60,963 nucleotides of DNA, taken from positions 3,166 through 64,128 of the forward strand of contig CAZUDZ010000002.1 of the NCBI GenBank assembly GCA_964618765.1, written 5' to 3'. The notes under the pieces were generated by a model, which worked only from the letters and a program-made list of their open reading frames with translations, ran no database searches and had not been told where the DNA came from. This document shows, piece by piece, positions 8,896 through 16,906 of the stretch. This DNA comes from an uncultured Candidatus Saccharibacteria bacterium (GTDB lineage: Bacteria > Patescibacteriota > Dojkabacteria > SC72). Each line of letters begins with the position of its first letter. Within the stretch, counting starts at the first letter, position 1. Made by a program: the position numbers and the translations under genes.

Positions 8896-11574
8896 TTAGG
8901 ATTTCAATTCGGCCATACTGTTTCCTACAGAGGAGTGTACAACTAGAGGGACATCCAAGGAAACTACATTCTCCATTATTTCTTCTACAATTTTAATAAA
9001 GCTCTCTGTATAATTCTTTTCTACCTCAAATATTAACTCATCGTGTATTTGTAGGAGTATATGGGCTTTCTCTTTGTATTCTTTCTCTATTACCTCATCT
9101 ATCTTGATCATTGCTAGCTTTACAATATCAGCTTCACTCCCCTGTATTGGCATGTTTACTGCTTCTCTCTGAGCTGCCCTAATCATCCTTATGTTTTTTG
9201 ATCTTAAACCCTTGATATGTCTTGTTGTTCCAAACATACTTTGTACATATCCTTTTTTGTATGCTTCTTTTTCTAACCCCCTAATATATTCCTCAACCCC
9301 TTTGTAGTGATCAAAATAGCTTTGTATATATTCTGATGCAACATCATTCTCTATACCAAGCATGCTAGCTAAACCGTAAGCTGTTTGCCCAAAGAGTATA
9401 CCGAAGTTTACTGTCTTACCCACACTTCTCTCCTCCTCAGTAACCTCCTCTATCTCCTTGTTTAACAAACGAGCTGCAGTAGACTTGTGAATATCTAAAT
9501 CATCATTGAAGTCCTTGATTAAAAGATCATCCTTAGATATATCTGCCATAATCCTTAACTCAATTTGGGAGTAGTCCATAGCGACAAACTTAAAGCCTTT
9601 CCTTGGGACAAAGGCTTTTCTTAACTCTTCTGCTCTCTTTCCTTTCAAAGGTAAGTTTTGCATATTTGGATTAGAGGAGGAGAATCTACCCGATGTTGTT
9701 CCTGTTTGATCAAACTCAGTATGTATTGAATTTTTTCCATCTTCAGATGCCATCTCCAAAAGAGGTGTAGTGTATGTTGTATACATCTTGTTTAATTCTC
9801 TGTATTCCAAAAGCTTTTCAATCATGGGATGAGCCCCCTTTAACTTCTGTAATACTGATTCTTTTGTAGAATTCTTTTTACTACCAGGAAGATCTAGTTC
9901 ATTAAAAAGTACATCAGAGAGCTGCTTAGGTGAATTAATATTGAATTCGTGCCCTACACTGTCATATATTTCCTGCGTCAACTTCTCCGTATCTTCCTTT
10001 AACTCCTCGTTTAGATCCTTAAGATATTTTACATCTACCCCGATCCCTCTTCCTTCCATTTTACGAAGAATTTTAGATATGGGGAGCTCTACCTCTCTTA
10101 AAACATTAATGAAATACCTCTCCTTTACCCTAAATACCTGCTCTATGCTAAATTTCGTGTACTCATACAGCTCGATATCATTTGCTTTTTTAATCTGAGT
10201 CTCTCTAATCTCTTCTACGGTATCTAAAACTTTAGTAAGGTCAGTAGGAGCTATCTTTTCAGGAAGAATACCAGAGGAGTAATCAAAGGAAAGATCTTTC
10301 AAAGTATATCCTCTCCTTTCAGAATTAATGAGATGGCCAAAAAGTCCGATATCAAACAAATTCCCAAAAGAAACCTCGTCATTTCGTGAAACGGTATTTT
10401 CTAGGTTATAAAAGATGGTTTCACAGTCGATAGGCTTTGTGCAACTACTTTTCTTGGTTAGGATGTCCTCTTTCTTCCCCGAGTTGTCCACAATCCTTGC
10501 CATAACAAAACTTTTGTCTGTTAGAGATTCTTTTTTCTCTATATATGCCAATATTAATTTTTTAGCACTTTCAAGTTTTTTCGTAAAATCTCCCTGAGTC
10601 GTCCATTCTATCTGAGGAGATGTACCAGTTGAGAAAATATCTAACTGACTTGTACTGCTTACTTTATCATTACCCTCTATCTCATCTAATCTCGGAATTA
10701 AAGATTTAAAAGAAAACTCTTTAAATATCTCTAACACCCTCTTTTTATCAAAATCTCTTAAAAGACATTCCTCTAGATGTACTGCTATATCTACCTCCTG
10801 CTCAATCTTTGCTAGTTTCCTGCTTAATTCAGCCTGCTCTACCCCCTCCAGAAGTAGGTCTGCCTGTCTTTTCTTAATATCTTTAAGGTTACGATATATG
10901 CCATCTAAATCTCCATACTTCTCTAACAGCTCCAGAGCTGTTTTCTGCCCTATTCCCTTCACACCTGGGATGTTGTCCGAAGAATCCCCTGCCATGGCCT
11001 TGAAATCTACTAACTGTTCGGGATACAGACCTAAATATTCAAATGTCTTCTCCCTGTCGTATGCAACTAGATCCTTGAAACTTCCTGCGGGTAAAGATAC
11101 CTTTACATGTTCATTAACTAATTGTAATAGGTCCCTGTCCCCACTTAATATGTACAATTCAATATTTTGATCACTCCATTTCTTTTCGGACACATACTTA
11201 GCAATGGTCCCTAGGATATCATCTCCTTCAAAACCATCCTTCTTAATTACTGGAATACTGAAAGCCTTAAGAACTTCTTCTACTAGGGGAAATTGGTCTA
11301 TGAGGGATTGGTCCGTAGGTTTGCGTGTAGCTTTGTAATCCACGAACTCAAGATGCCTGAAAGTAGGCTTATGAGTATCAAAGGAGCAGAGTACATATTT
11401 GGGCTCAAATGTTTTCAATGCGGAAAGTAGCATGACAGTAAAGCCATATACTGCATTTACCTGTAACCCATCCTCTGTTTGCAGAGTTGAAGGGTAAGCA
11501 TGAAAGGCCCTGTGTACTATGGCGTTTGCATCTATTGCAAGGAACCTATCCTTGCCATTGCTAGGTAAAGTCAT
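8896..11574 (-). CDS. polA: DNA polymerase I
   Basis: 5'-3' exonuclease (AIDANAIVHRAFHA, FEGDDILGT); polymerase motifs TGRFSS..PNMQN, DYSQIELR, KTVNFGILFG and LQIHDELIF. The 3'-5' exonuclease region looks degenerate. Confidence 0.98.
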   Translation of the reverse strand: MTLPSNGKDRFLAIDANAIVHRAFHAYPSTLQTEDGLQVNAVYGFTVMLLSALKTFEPKYVLCSFDTHKPTFRHLEFVDYKATRKPTDQSLIDQFPLVEEVLKAFSIPVIKKDGFEGDDILGTIAKYVSEKKWSDQNIELYILSGDRDLLQLVNEHVKVSLPAGSFKDLVAYDREKTFEYLGLYPEQLVDFKAMAGDSSDNIPGVKGIGQKTALELLEKYGDLDGIYRNLKDIKKRQADLLLEGVEQAELSRKLAKIEQEVDIAVHLEECLLRDFDKKRVLEIFKEFSFKSLIPRLDEIEGNDKVSSTSQLDIFSTGTSPQIEWTTQGDFTKKLESAKKLILAYIEKKESLTDKSFVMARIVDNSGKKEDILTKKSSCTKPIDCETIFYNLENTVSRNDEVSFGNLFDIGLFGHLINSERRGYTLKDLSFDYSSGILPEKIAPTDLTKVLDTVEEIRETQIKKANDIELYEYTKFSIEQVFRVKERYFINVLREVELPISKILRKMEGRGIGVDVKYLKDLNEELKEDTEKLTQEIYDSVGHEFNINSPKQLSDVLFNELDLPGSKKNSTKESVLQKLKGAHPMIEKLLEYRELNKMYTTYTTPLLEMASEDGKNSIHTEFDQTGTTSGRFSSSNPNMQNLPLKGKRAEELRKAFVPRKGFKFVAMDYSQIELRIMADISKDDLLIKDFNDDLDIHKSTAARLLNKEIEEVTEEERSVGKTVNFGILFGQTAYGLASMLGIENDVASEYIQSYFDHYKGVEEYIRGLEKEAYKKGYVQSMFGTTRHIKGLRSKNIRMIRAAQREAVNMPIQGSEADIVKLAMIKIDEVIEKEYKEKAHILLQIHDELIFEVEKNYTESFIKIVEEIMENVVSLDVPLVVHSSVGNSMAELKS

Positions 11575-11598
11575 ATTTAATTATACTAGAGAATTTTA

Positions 11599-12333
11599 CT
11601 AAACAGAAATGGTTAAAACACTTTCTGAATCTCCATTATCCAAAGAGTGGATATTAAGGAGGAGATCCTTTGGCTGCAAACTACCAGCTTCTCTACTCTC
11701 TTGGGTAATTAACCTAAGGAAATCATTGTATGAGTTTTTGTCACCATAGTGAACACCTTCGCTATAGTCGAAACCTAACAGATAATCATCGTATATGTCA
11801 TGCTTAACCCCTATTTTCTTGAGATCACCTTGACCGGTTAATGAATAGACAGAGTATGCTTGTGGAAAATAATCTACGTCTAGGACGGAGAAAATTAGTT
11901 TTAAGTTGAATTCAGGATAGAAATGCTCAGAGTGGCTCTTCTCTCCTAGACTGTGTCTCTTCATAATCAGTTCTCTTCTAAAAACCCTAAGATTTGGAGT
12001 AGCTTCAATTCCTTCTAAACCTGGTTGAACTCCTGGATCATATGCAAAAAAAGCCATTCTATTAGAATCTTTTGGACTTCCCGTTAAGTAAACTCTTCTG
12101 CCACTTTCATCTGCGAAATTAAATACTTCTGAAGGTTTAAAACTAAATCCTCTTTCCCCTATTTGGACAGATTGACGAATACCTCTACCAAGAGAAAGAT
12201 TATTTAAAACAGAGAAGTTATGACTAATATTCTCTCGCCCATTTTCATTCAAAAAAGGGACATAATATTCCTTACTTAATGATTGTTCAGGAGTTACTTG
12301 ATACCCTAAATCTTCTACAGTAGCTTTAGACAT
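11599..12333 (-). CDS. Hypothetical protein
   Basis: Long ORF on the local coding strand. ATG 12333 (MSKATV) is preferred over the TTG at 12402. Confidence 0.6.
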   Translation of the reverse strand: MSKATVEDLGYQVTPEQSLSKEYYVPFLNENGRENISHNFSVLNNLSLGRGIRQSVQIGERGFSFKPSEVFNFADESGRRVYLTGSPKDSNRMAFFAYDPGVQPGLEGIEATPNLRVFRRELIMKRHSLGEKSHSEHFYPEFNLKLIFSVLDVDYFPQAYSVYSLTGQGDLKKIGVKHDIYDDYLLGFDYSEGVHYGDKNSYNDFLRLITQESREAGSLQPKDLLLNIHSLDNGDSESVLTISV

Positions 12334-12480
12334 TACTGAAAATAATAATAAATTAACGGGGCAATATAGAGGTATTCTATTAGCCACAACCCCTACTGTC
12401 AAACAAGGAGATTAAGGTGCTATTTGTTATGATAGTAAGGAATTTCTAGAAATCCCATTAACTCTAATATTTCTAGATTA

Positions 12481-14355
12481 CTACTTAAATATCTGTTCAA
12501 ACTCCTCTCCAGAAACAACTTCTTTTTCCAAGAGCATTTTTACTAATTGCTCTACAAAATCTTTCTTCTCTCTTAGTATATCCATCGCTCCACTGTAAGC
12601 TTCATCTAACAACTGTTTAACTTCTGCATCTATAATTCTTGCAGTCTCCTCACTATACTCTCTACCACCACCGTAAGTGTATCCTAGATGTCTTGTTTCC
12701 TCTAAATCACCATATTTAACTAATCCTAATTTATCACTCATACCGTAATCCATAACCATCTGCTTGGCTATTTCAGTTACCTGCTTAATATCATTAGATG
12801 CTCCCGTGGAAATATCTTCTAAGAAAATCTCTTCTGCCGCTCTTCCACCTACCCCAGTCTTTAACCATGCCAACATCTGTTTTTTGTAAAGGAATTTTCT
12901 CTCTTTCTCTGGTAGATATACCGTTACTCCACCACTAGCACCTCTTGAAATTACAGAAATCTGCTCAACAGGATCTGCCGCTTCCGTAAACTTTGCCACA
13001 ATAGCATGCCCTGCTTCATGGTATGCCGTCTTCTTAATATCTTCCTGTTCTTTATCTCCCTTTTTCTTTCTCCCTAACTTAACCTTAAGATATGCCTCCA
13101 TCAAATCATCCTGAGTAATCTTCTTTCTGTCATCTTTCGCTGCCATTATGGCTGCCTCGTTTAAAAGATTTTCCAAATCTGCTCCCGAGTAAGCGATAGT
13201 CTTCTTTGCAACAGTATCCAGATTAGCATCCTCTTCGAACTTTTTATTCTTAGCATGAACTTCAAGAATAGCTTTTCTTTCCCTGTAGTTTGGCATGGGA
13301 ACATACACAGACCTATCAAATCTCCCAGGTCGTAAAATTGCAGGATCTAAGACATCTGGTCTGTTAGTTGCTGCAAGAACAATGACATCTTCTCTCTCCT
13401 CCAATCCATCCATTTCTACAAGGATTTGATTTAGGGTTTGTTCCCCTGCTCCAGAGTGAAGAACTGTACCTCTCTTCTTAGCTACAGCATCAATCTCATC
13501 TATGAAGATGATACAAGGCGAAGCTTTCCTTGCCTTGCTGAAAAGATCTCTCACCCTAGATGCTCCAGCTCCCACCAACATCTCTTCAAACTCTGATCCC
13601 GATGTATGGAAGAATGGAACTCCTGCTTCTCCCGCAACTGCTTTCGCCAACAAGGTTTTCCCTGTTCCTGGCTCTCCAGTTAAGAGAACCCCTCTAGGGA
13701 TTCTTGCCCCTACACTCCTGTATTTTTTAGGATATTTAAGAAAATCAATTATCTCTGTTAACTCCTCTTTAGCTTCCTCTATCCCAGCAACATCTTCAAA
13801 TGTAATCCCTGTTCTTTTGCCCATTAAGAGCCTTGCCTTGCTCTGACCAAAATCTAAAATCTTTCCCCCAGAAGCTTGCATATTCTTAAGCATTACATAC
13901 ACCAAGACAAGAGCAGCACCAAAAAACAAGAAGGTTAAAACATCACCTAAGGTTATACCTAACCTAGGTTCGTAGAAATCATTTCCCAAACTCTTTGCAT
14001 CTATTCCTGAGTTAGAAAGAATCTGGTAGAAGTCCGTCTCCGATGGAAGAAGAGCATACTTTTTTGTTAGAAGCTCTTGTCCATCCCTCTCCTCCTTACT
14101 CTCAAGTAAAACCATATCATCTTTCAACACTATCTTTTCATACCTCTCCTCTGAGATATCTGTAATCACTTCACTTATTGAGACCTCTTCTCCCTTAAAG
14201 CTTAAAGATCGAAAGAGATATATTCCTCCTGTCAAAAGAAGAGAGAGTAACAATGCTACAACTAGGTTAGGAATTCTTCCTTTCTTCCTTGGCATTTTTC
14301 TAATATCAATTTTTACTACCTTCTTCTCATCATGTTCTTCTTTCTTGTTATCCAT
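12481..14355 (-). CDS. ftsH: ATP-dependent zinc metalloprotease FtsH
   Basis: Two TM helices, Walker A GEPGTGKT, Walker B IFIDEID, SRH RPGRFDR and HEAGH. The start was trimmed to MDNKK (14355) because the longer ORF overlaps a tRNA. Confidence 0.98.
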   Translation of the reverse strand: MDNKKEEHDEKKVVKIDIRKMPRKKGRIPNLVVALLLSLLLTGGIYLFRSLSFKGEEVSISEVITDISEERYEKIVLKDDMVLLESKEERDGQELLTKKYALLPSETDFYQILSNSGIDAKSLGNDFYEPRLGITLGDVLTFLFFGAALVLVYVMLKNMQASGGKILDFGQSKARLLMGKRTGITFEDVAGIEEAKEELTEIIDFLKYPKKYRSVGARIPRGVLLTGEPGTGKTLLAKAVAGEAGVPFFHTSGSEFEEMLVGAGASRVRDLFSKARKASPCIIFIDEIDAVAKKRGTVLHSGAGEQTLNQILVEMDGLEEREDVIVLAATNRPDVLDPAILRPGRFDRSVYVPMPNYRERKAILEVHAKNKKFEEDANLDTVAKKTIAYSGADLENLLNEAAIMAAKDDRKKITQDDLMEAYLKVKLGRKKKGDKEQEDIKKTAYHEAGHAIVAKFTEAADPVEQISVISRGASGGVTVYLPEKERKFLYKKQMLAWLKTGVGGRAAEEIFLEDISTGASNDIKQVTEIAKQMVMDYGMSDKLGLVKYGDLEETRHLGYTYGGGREYSEETARIIDAEVKQLLDEAYSGAMDILREKKDFVEQLVKMLLEKEVVSGEEFEQIFK

Positions 14356-14385
14356 ACTATAGAAAATCAATTTAATACTAAACTC

Positions 14386-14459
14386 TGGTGGGAACTGGAA
14401 TCGAACCAGCGACCTTGGGTTTATGAATCCCATGCTCTAACCATCTGAGCTATCCCACC
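14386..14459 (-). tRNA. tRNA-Met (CAU), probably elongator
   Basis: GGTGGGATAGCTCAGATGGTTAGAGCATGGGATTCATAAACCCAAGGTCGCTGGTTCGATTCCAGTTCCCACCA folds as a cloverleaf with paired G1-C72. Met versus Ile2 cannot be fixed from the anticodon alone. Confidence 0.9.
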
Positions 14460-14499
14460 AAAGACACACCATTATATCAAAGAGCATATTAAAAAGGTA

Positions 14500-15060
14500 T
14501 TAATTAGCTCTCCCTGAATACTCCCCACTCTCTGTGTTAATCCTTACGGTATCTCCTTTTTTAATAAAGAGAGGAACATGAACCCTGTATCCAGTTTCTA
14601 AAGTAACCTCCTTTGTTGCAGAGTTAGAAGTATTCCCCTTGACCGCCTCTGATGCATCGGTTACTTTCAAATCTACAGCAGGGTTTTCTTTTACAGTTAA
14701 TACTTTGCCCTCGTAGGTCATCACAAGGTGCGAGGATCCTTCTTTGAGAAAATTTACATAATCTTCTAGTATCTCTCTAGATATTGTAACTGTTTCGTAA
14801 GTCTGGGTATCCATAAAGTAGGACTTATCTCTGTCTGAATAGAGAAACTGCATTTCTTTTGTCTCTGGGTGAATATACTCTACCTTCGTACCTGCCTTAA
14901 CAGTCTCTGTTAGAACTTGACCATTATCTAGTGCTTTTTTCTTCATAATAATCAGTCCTCCCTGCCTTCCCTGTGTTTTTAATTTTCTATCTATCAAATG
15001 AAATACTCTTCCCTCTTCAAGAAGATACATTCCCTTTACTGGTTGATCTGTCAGTGGCAT
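14500..15060 (-). CDS. efp: Elongation factor P
   Basis: 186 aa with MQFLYSD, FMDTQTYE, KGNTSNSATKEVTLETG and VPLFIKKGD.VRINTESGEY. Confidence 0.95.
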   Translation of the reverse strand: MPLTDQPVKGMYLLEEGRVFHLIDRKLKTQGRQGGLIIMKKKALDNGQVLTETVKAGTKVEYIHPETKEMQFLYSDRDKSYFMDTQTYETVTISREILEDYVNFLKEGSSHLVMTYEGKVLTVKENPAVDLKVTDASEAVKGNTSNSATKEVTLETGYRVHVPLFIKKGDTVRINTESGEYSGRAN

Positions 15061-15156
15061 AATTTTGCATTAAAAAGTTAGTAAGGACAACTATTTTAGC
15101 ACATAGCAGATACCCTTTCAAAAGAAAGAGATGCTGATATATACAGGAGAGAAAAG

Positions 15157-15231
15157 TGGTTGCGGGGGTCGGATTCGAACCGACGACCTCCAGGTTATGA
15201 GCCTGACGAGCTTCCACTGCTCTACCCCGCG
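15157..15231 (-). tRNA. Initiator tRNA-fMet (CAU)
   Basis: CGCGGGGTAGAGCAGTGGAAGCTCGTCAGGCTCATAACCTGGAGGTCGTCGGTTCGAATCCGACCCCCGCAACCA; C1-A72 mismatch; CCA encoded. Confidence 0.95.
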
Positions 15232-15247
15232 TTAATATAACTGTACG

Positions 15248-15276
15248 ATTATACTAGTAAAACAGCTTTTGTTCAA
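15248..15276 (-). promoter_or_regulatory. Sigma70-type promoter of tRNA-fMet
   Basis: TTGAAC (15276-15271), 17-nt spacer, TATAAT (15253-15248). Confidence 0.7.
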
Positions 15277-15279
15277 ATA

Positions 15280-15726
15280 TTAAATTCCCTTAAAAAGAAA
15301 ATCTGTCCAAACCTCATAGCTTAATTTCTCTTCTTTTTCTGTCTGTAATTCGAGTATTTTCTCTAAATCCGAATCTGCCCTTTCTAAAACCTTCTCAGGG
15401 ATAACGAAAATATATTCCTCCTTACCTGCAAACTTCAATCTATCCCTTGCTTGGATTTCAAGATACTCTGTACCCTGGATATTTTCCAAAAGGAGTGCTA
15501 ACTCTAGATTCTTTAGCCTCAAATTATCCACCTCCATTCTGGCTCTTTGTAAGACATTTACTTTCTGAACAGTAATAGAAATGGAATGGATTACATTGTA
15601 GACGAGGAAAACAGAAATTCCCAACAAGAGAATCCTTGAGACCACATTATCAAAGATTGAAACGGAGGAGTTACTCCTTCCCCCTTTCTCTCGCACGCTC
15701 TTCTCTTTGTATACAAATCTATCCAT
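15280..15726 (-). CDS. Septum formation initiator (FtsB/DivIC-like)
   Basis: One TM helix, a coiled coil, then YLEIQARDRLKFAGKEE. Confidence 0.8.
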   Translation of the reverse strand: MDRFVYKEKSVREKGGRSNSSVSIFDNVVSRILLLGISVFLVYNVIHSISITVQKVNVLQRARMEVDNLRLKNLELALLLENIQGTEYLEIQARDRLKFAGKEEYIFVIPEKVLERADSDLEKILELQTEKEEKLSYEVWTDFLFKGI

Positions 15727-15857
15727 AGTAAATATTAACAGTATACCTCCCCTTCTTCAAAAGCCCTATATACTTTTATTATTGCTCTTCGTGATACTAG
15801 GTGATATAATTTTTCTATATACATGCCTAATATACATAATATTAGATATAAATAACA

Positions 15858-16745
15858 GTGCCATCAATTAAAAATCCGAGCTTTGAAGAGAAGCAAAATG
15901 CATTTGTCCAAGACTTGGAGTCCAAGGGGCGTGCGGAATCAACTATAATTGCATACTCAAAAGATATTGAACAACTTCTAAATTTTCTATCCAAAGAAGG
16001 AATCGCAGATTTAGAAAAAGTCACAACTGAGGTGTTAGAGAAATATAAACAAAACCTACAGGACAATAACTACACTCCTAAAAGTGTCTCTAGAAAAATT
16101 AACAGCACTCGAACCTTTTTCAAATATCTTCTGGAAAATCAGCTCATAAAAGACAATCCTTCAGAGAAATTGGCTCACCCTAAATTTAAGATGAAGCCAC
16201 CTAGGGTCTTAACAGAGATGGAGTATCGTGCCCTAAGAGATGTTAGTAGAGTAGATGTCAGACTATACTCCATAGTAGAAATCCTCCTTCAAACTGGAGT
16301 TAGGATAGGAGAACTAGCTGCTTTAACATTAGATGATATAAGACAGTCAAAGGATGGGAAAATTGATTTTCTGTACATCAAGCCAGCTGGAAGCCATCCT
16401 GCTCGTAAAGTTCCATTAAATAAATCAGCAAAAAAAGCATTAGATGAATATCTTGAAGTTAGACCTGAAACAGAGGATGACACCATCTTTATTACAAAAA
16501 ACGGTAGACCCCTCCTAGTAAGAAATATCCGAACCGCTATAGATAAGGCTTTTGAGAAAGCTAGAATTAAGAATGCCAAAGTTAATGATCTTAGAAACAC
16601 CTTTATAGCACACCACTTAGCTAACGGGGTAAGTTTAGTAACCGTATCCAAATTAGTAGGCCACAAGAGATTGTCTACTACAGAAAAGTATCTCAATCTT
16701 GTTAAAATGCAAGTAGAAGATGACAAAAGCCTAAAAGAACTCTAA
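15858..16745 (+). CDS. XerC/XerD-like tyrosine recombinase
   Basis: SAM-like N-domain (AESTIIAYSKD, PKSVSRKINSTRTFFKYL), catalytic R in GVRIGEL, NDLRNTF and LVGHKRLSTTEKY. Confidence 0.9.
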   Translation: MPSIKNPSFEEKQNAFVQDLESKGRAESTIIAYSKDIEQLLNFLSKEGIADLEKVTTEVLEKYKQNLQDNNYTPKSVSRKINSTRTFFKYLLENQLIKDNPSEKLAHPKFKMKPPRVLTEMEYRALRDVSRVDVRLYSIVEILLQTGVRIGELAALTLDDIRQSKDGKIDFLYIKPAGSHPARKVPLNKSAKKALDEYLEVRPETEDDTIFITKNGRPLLVRNIRTAIDKAFEKARIKNAKVNDLRNTFIAHHLANGVSLVTVSKLVGHKRLSTTEKYLNLVKMQVEDDKSLKEL

Positions 16746-16798
16746 ACCTCTATATTGACAGATTGCTTATACTTAATCGCCACTACTGAATGAAAGAA

Positions 16799-16872
16799 TG
16801 GGAATAGGTGGACTCGAACCACCGACCACGGCTTTATAAGAACCGCGCTCTAACCACCTGAGCTATATTCCC
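16799..16872 (-). tRNA. tRNA-Ile (anticodon UAU)
   Basis: GGGAATATAGCTCAGGTGGTTAGAGCGCGGTTCTTATAAAGCCGTGGTCGGTGGTTCGAGTCCACCTATTCCCA. All stems pair, and the loop CT-TAT-AA gives anticodon TAT with discriminator A73. Confidence 0.9.
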
Positions 16873-16906
16873 AAAACTAGAAGATTTTACCAGAATATAC
16901 GAGTTT

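Noticed and set aside
15017-15217. 66-aa ORF
   Set aside because: It is a shadow translation of tRNA-fMet.
15858-16872. Recombinase next to a tRNA 3' end as a prophage or island integrase
   Set aside because: There is no att duplication or cargo, and its size and motifs fit a chromosomal Xer.
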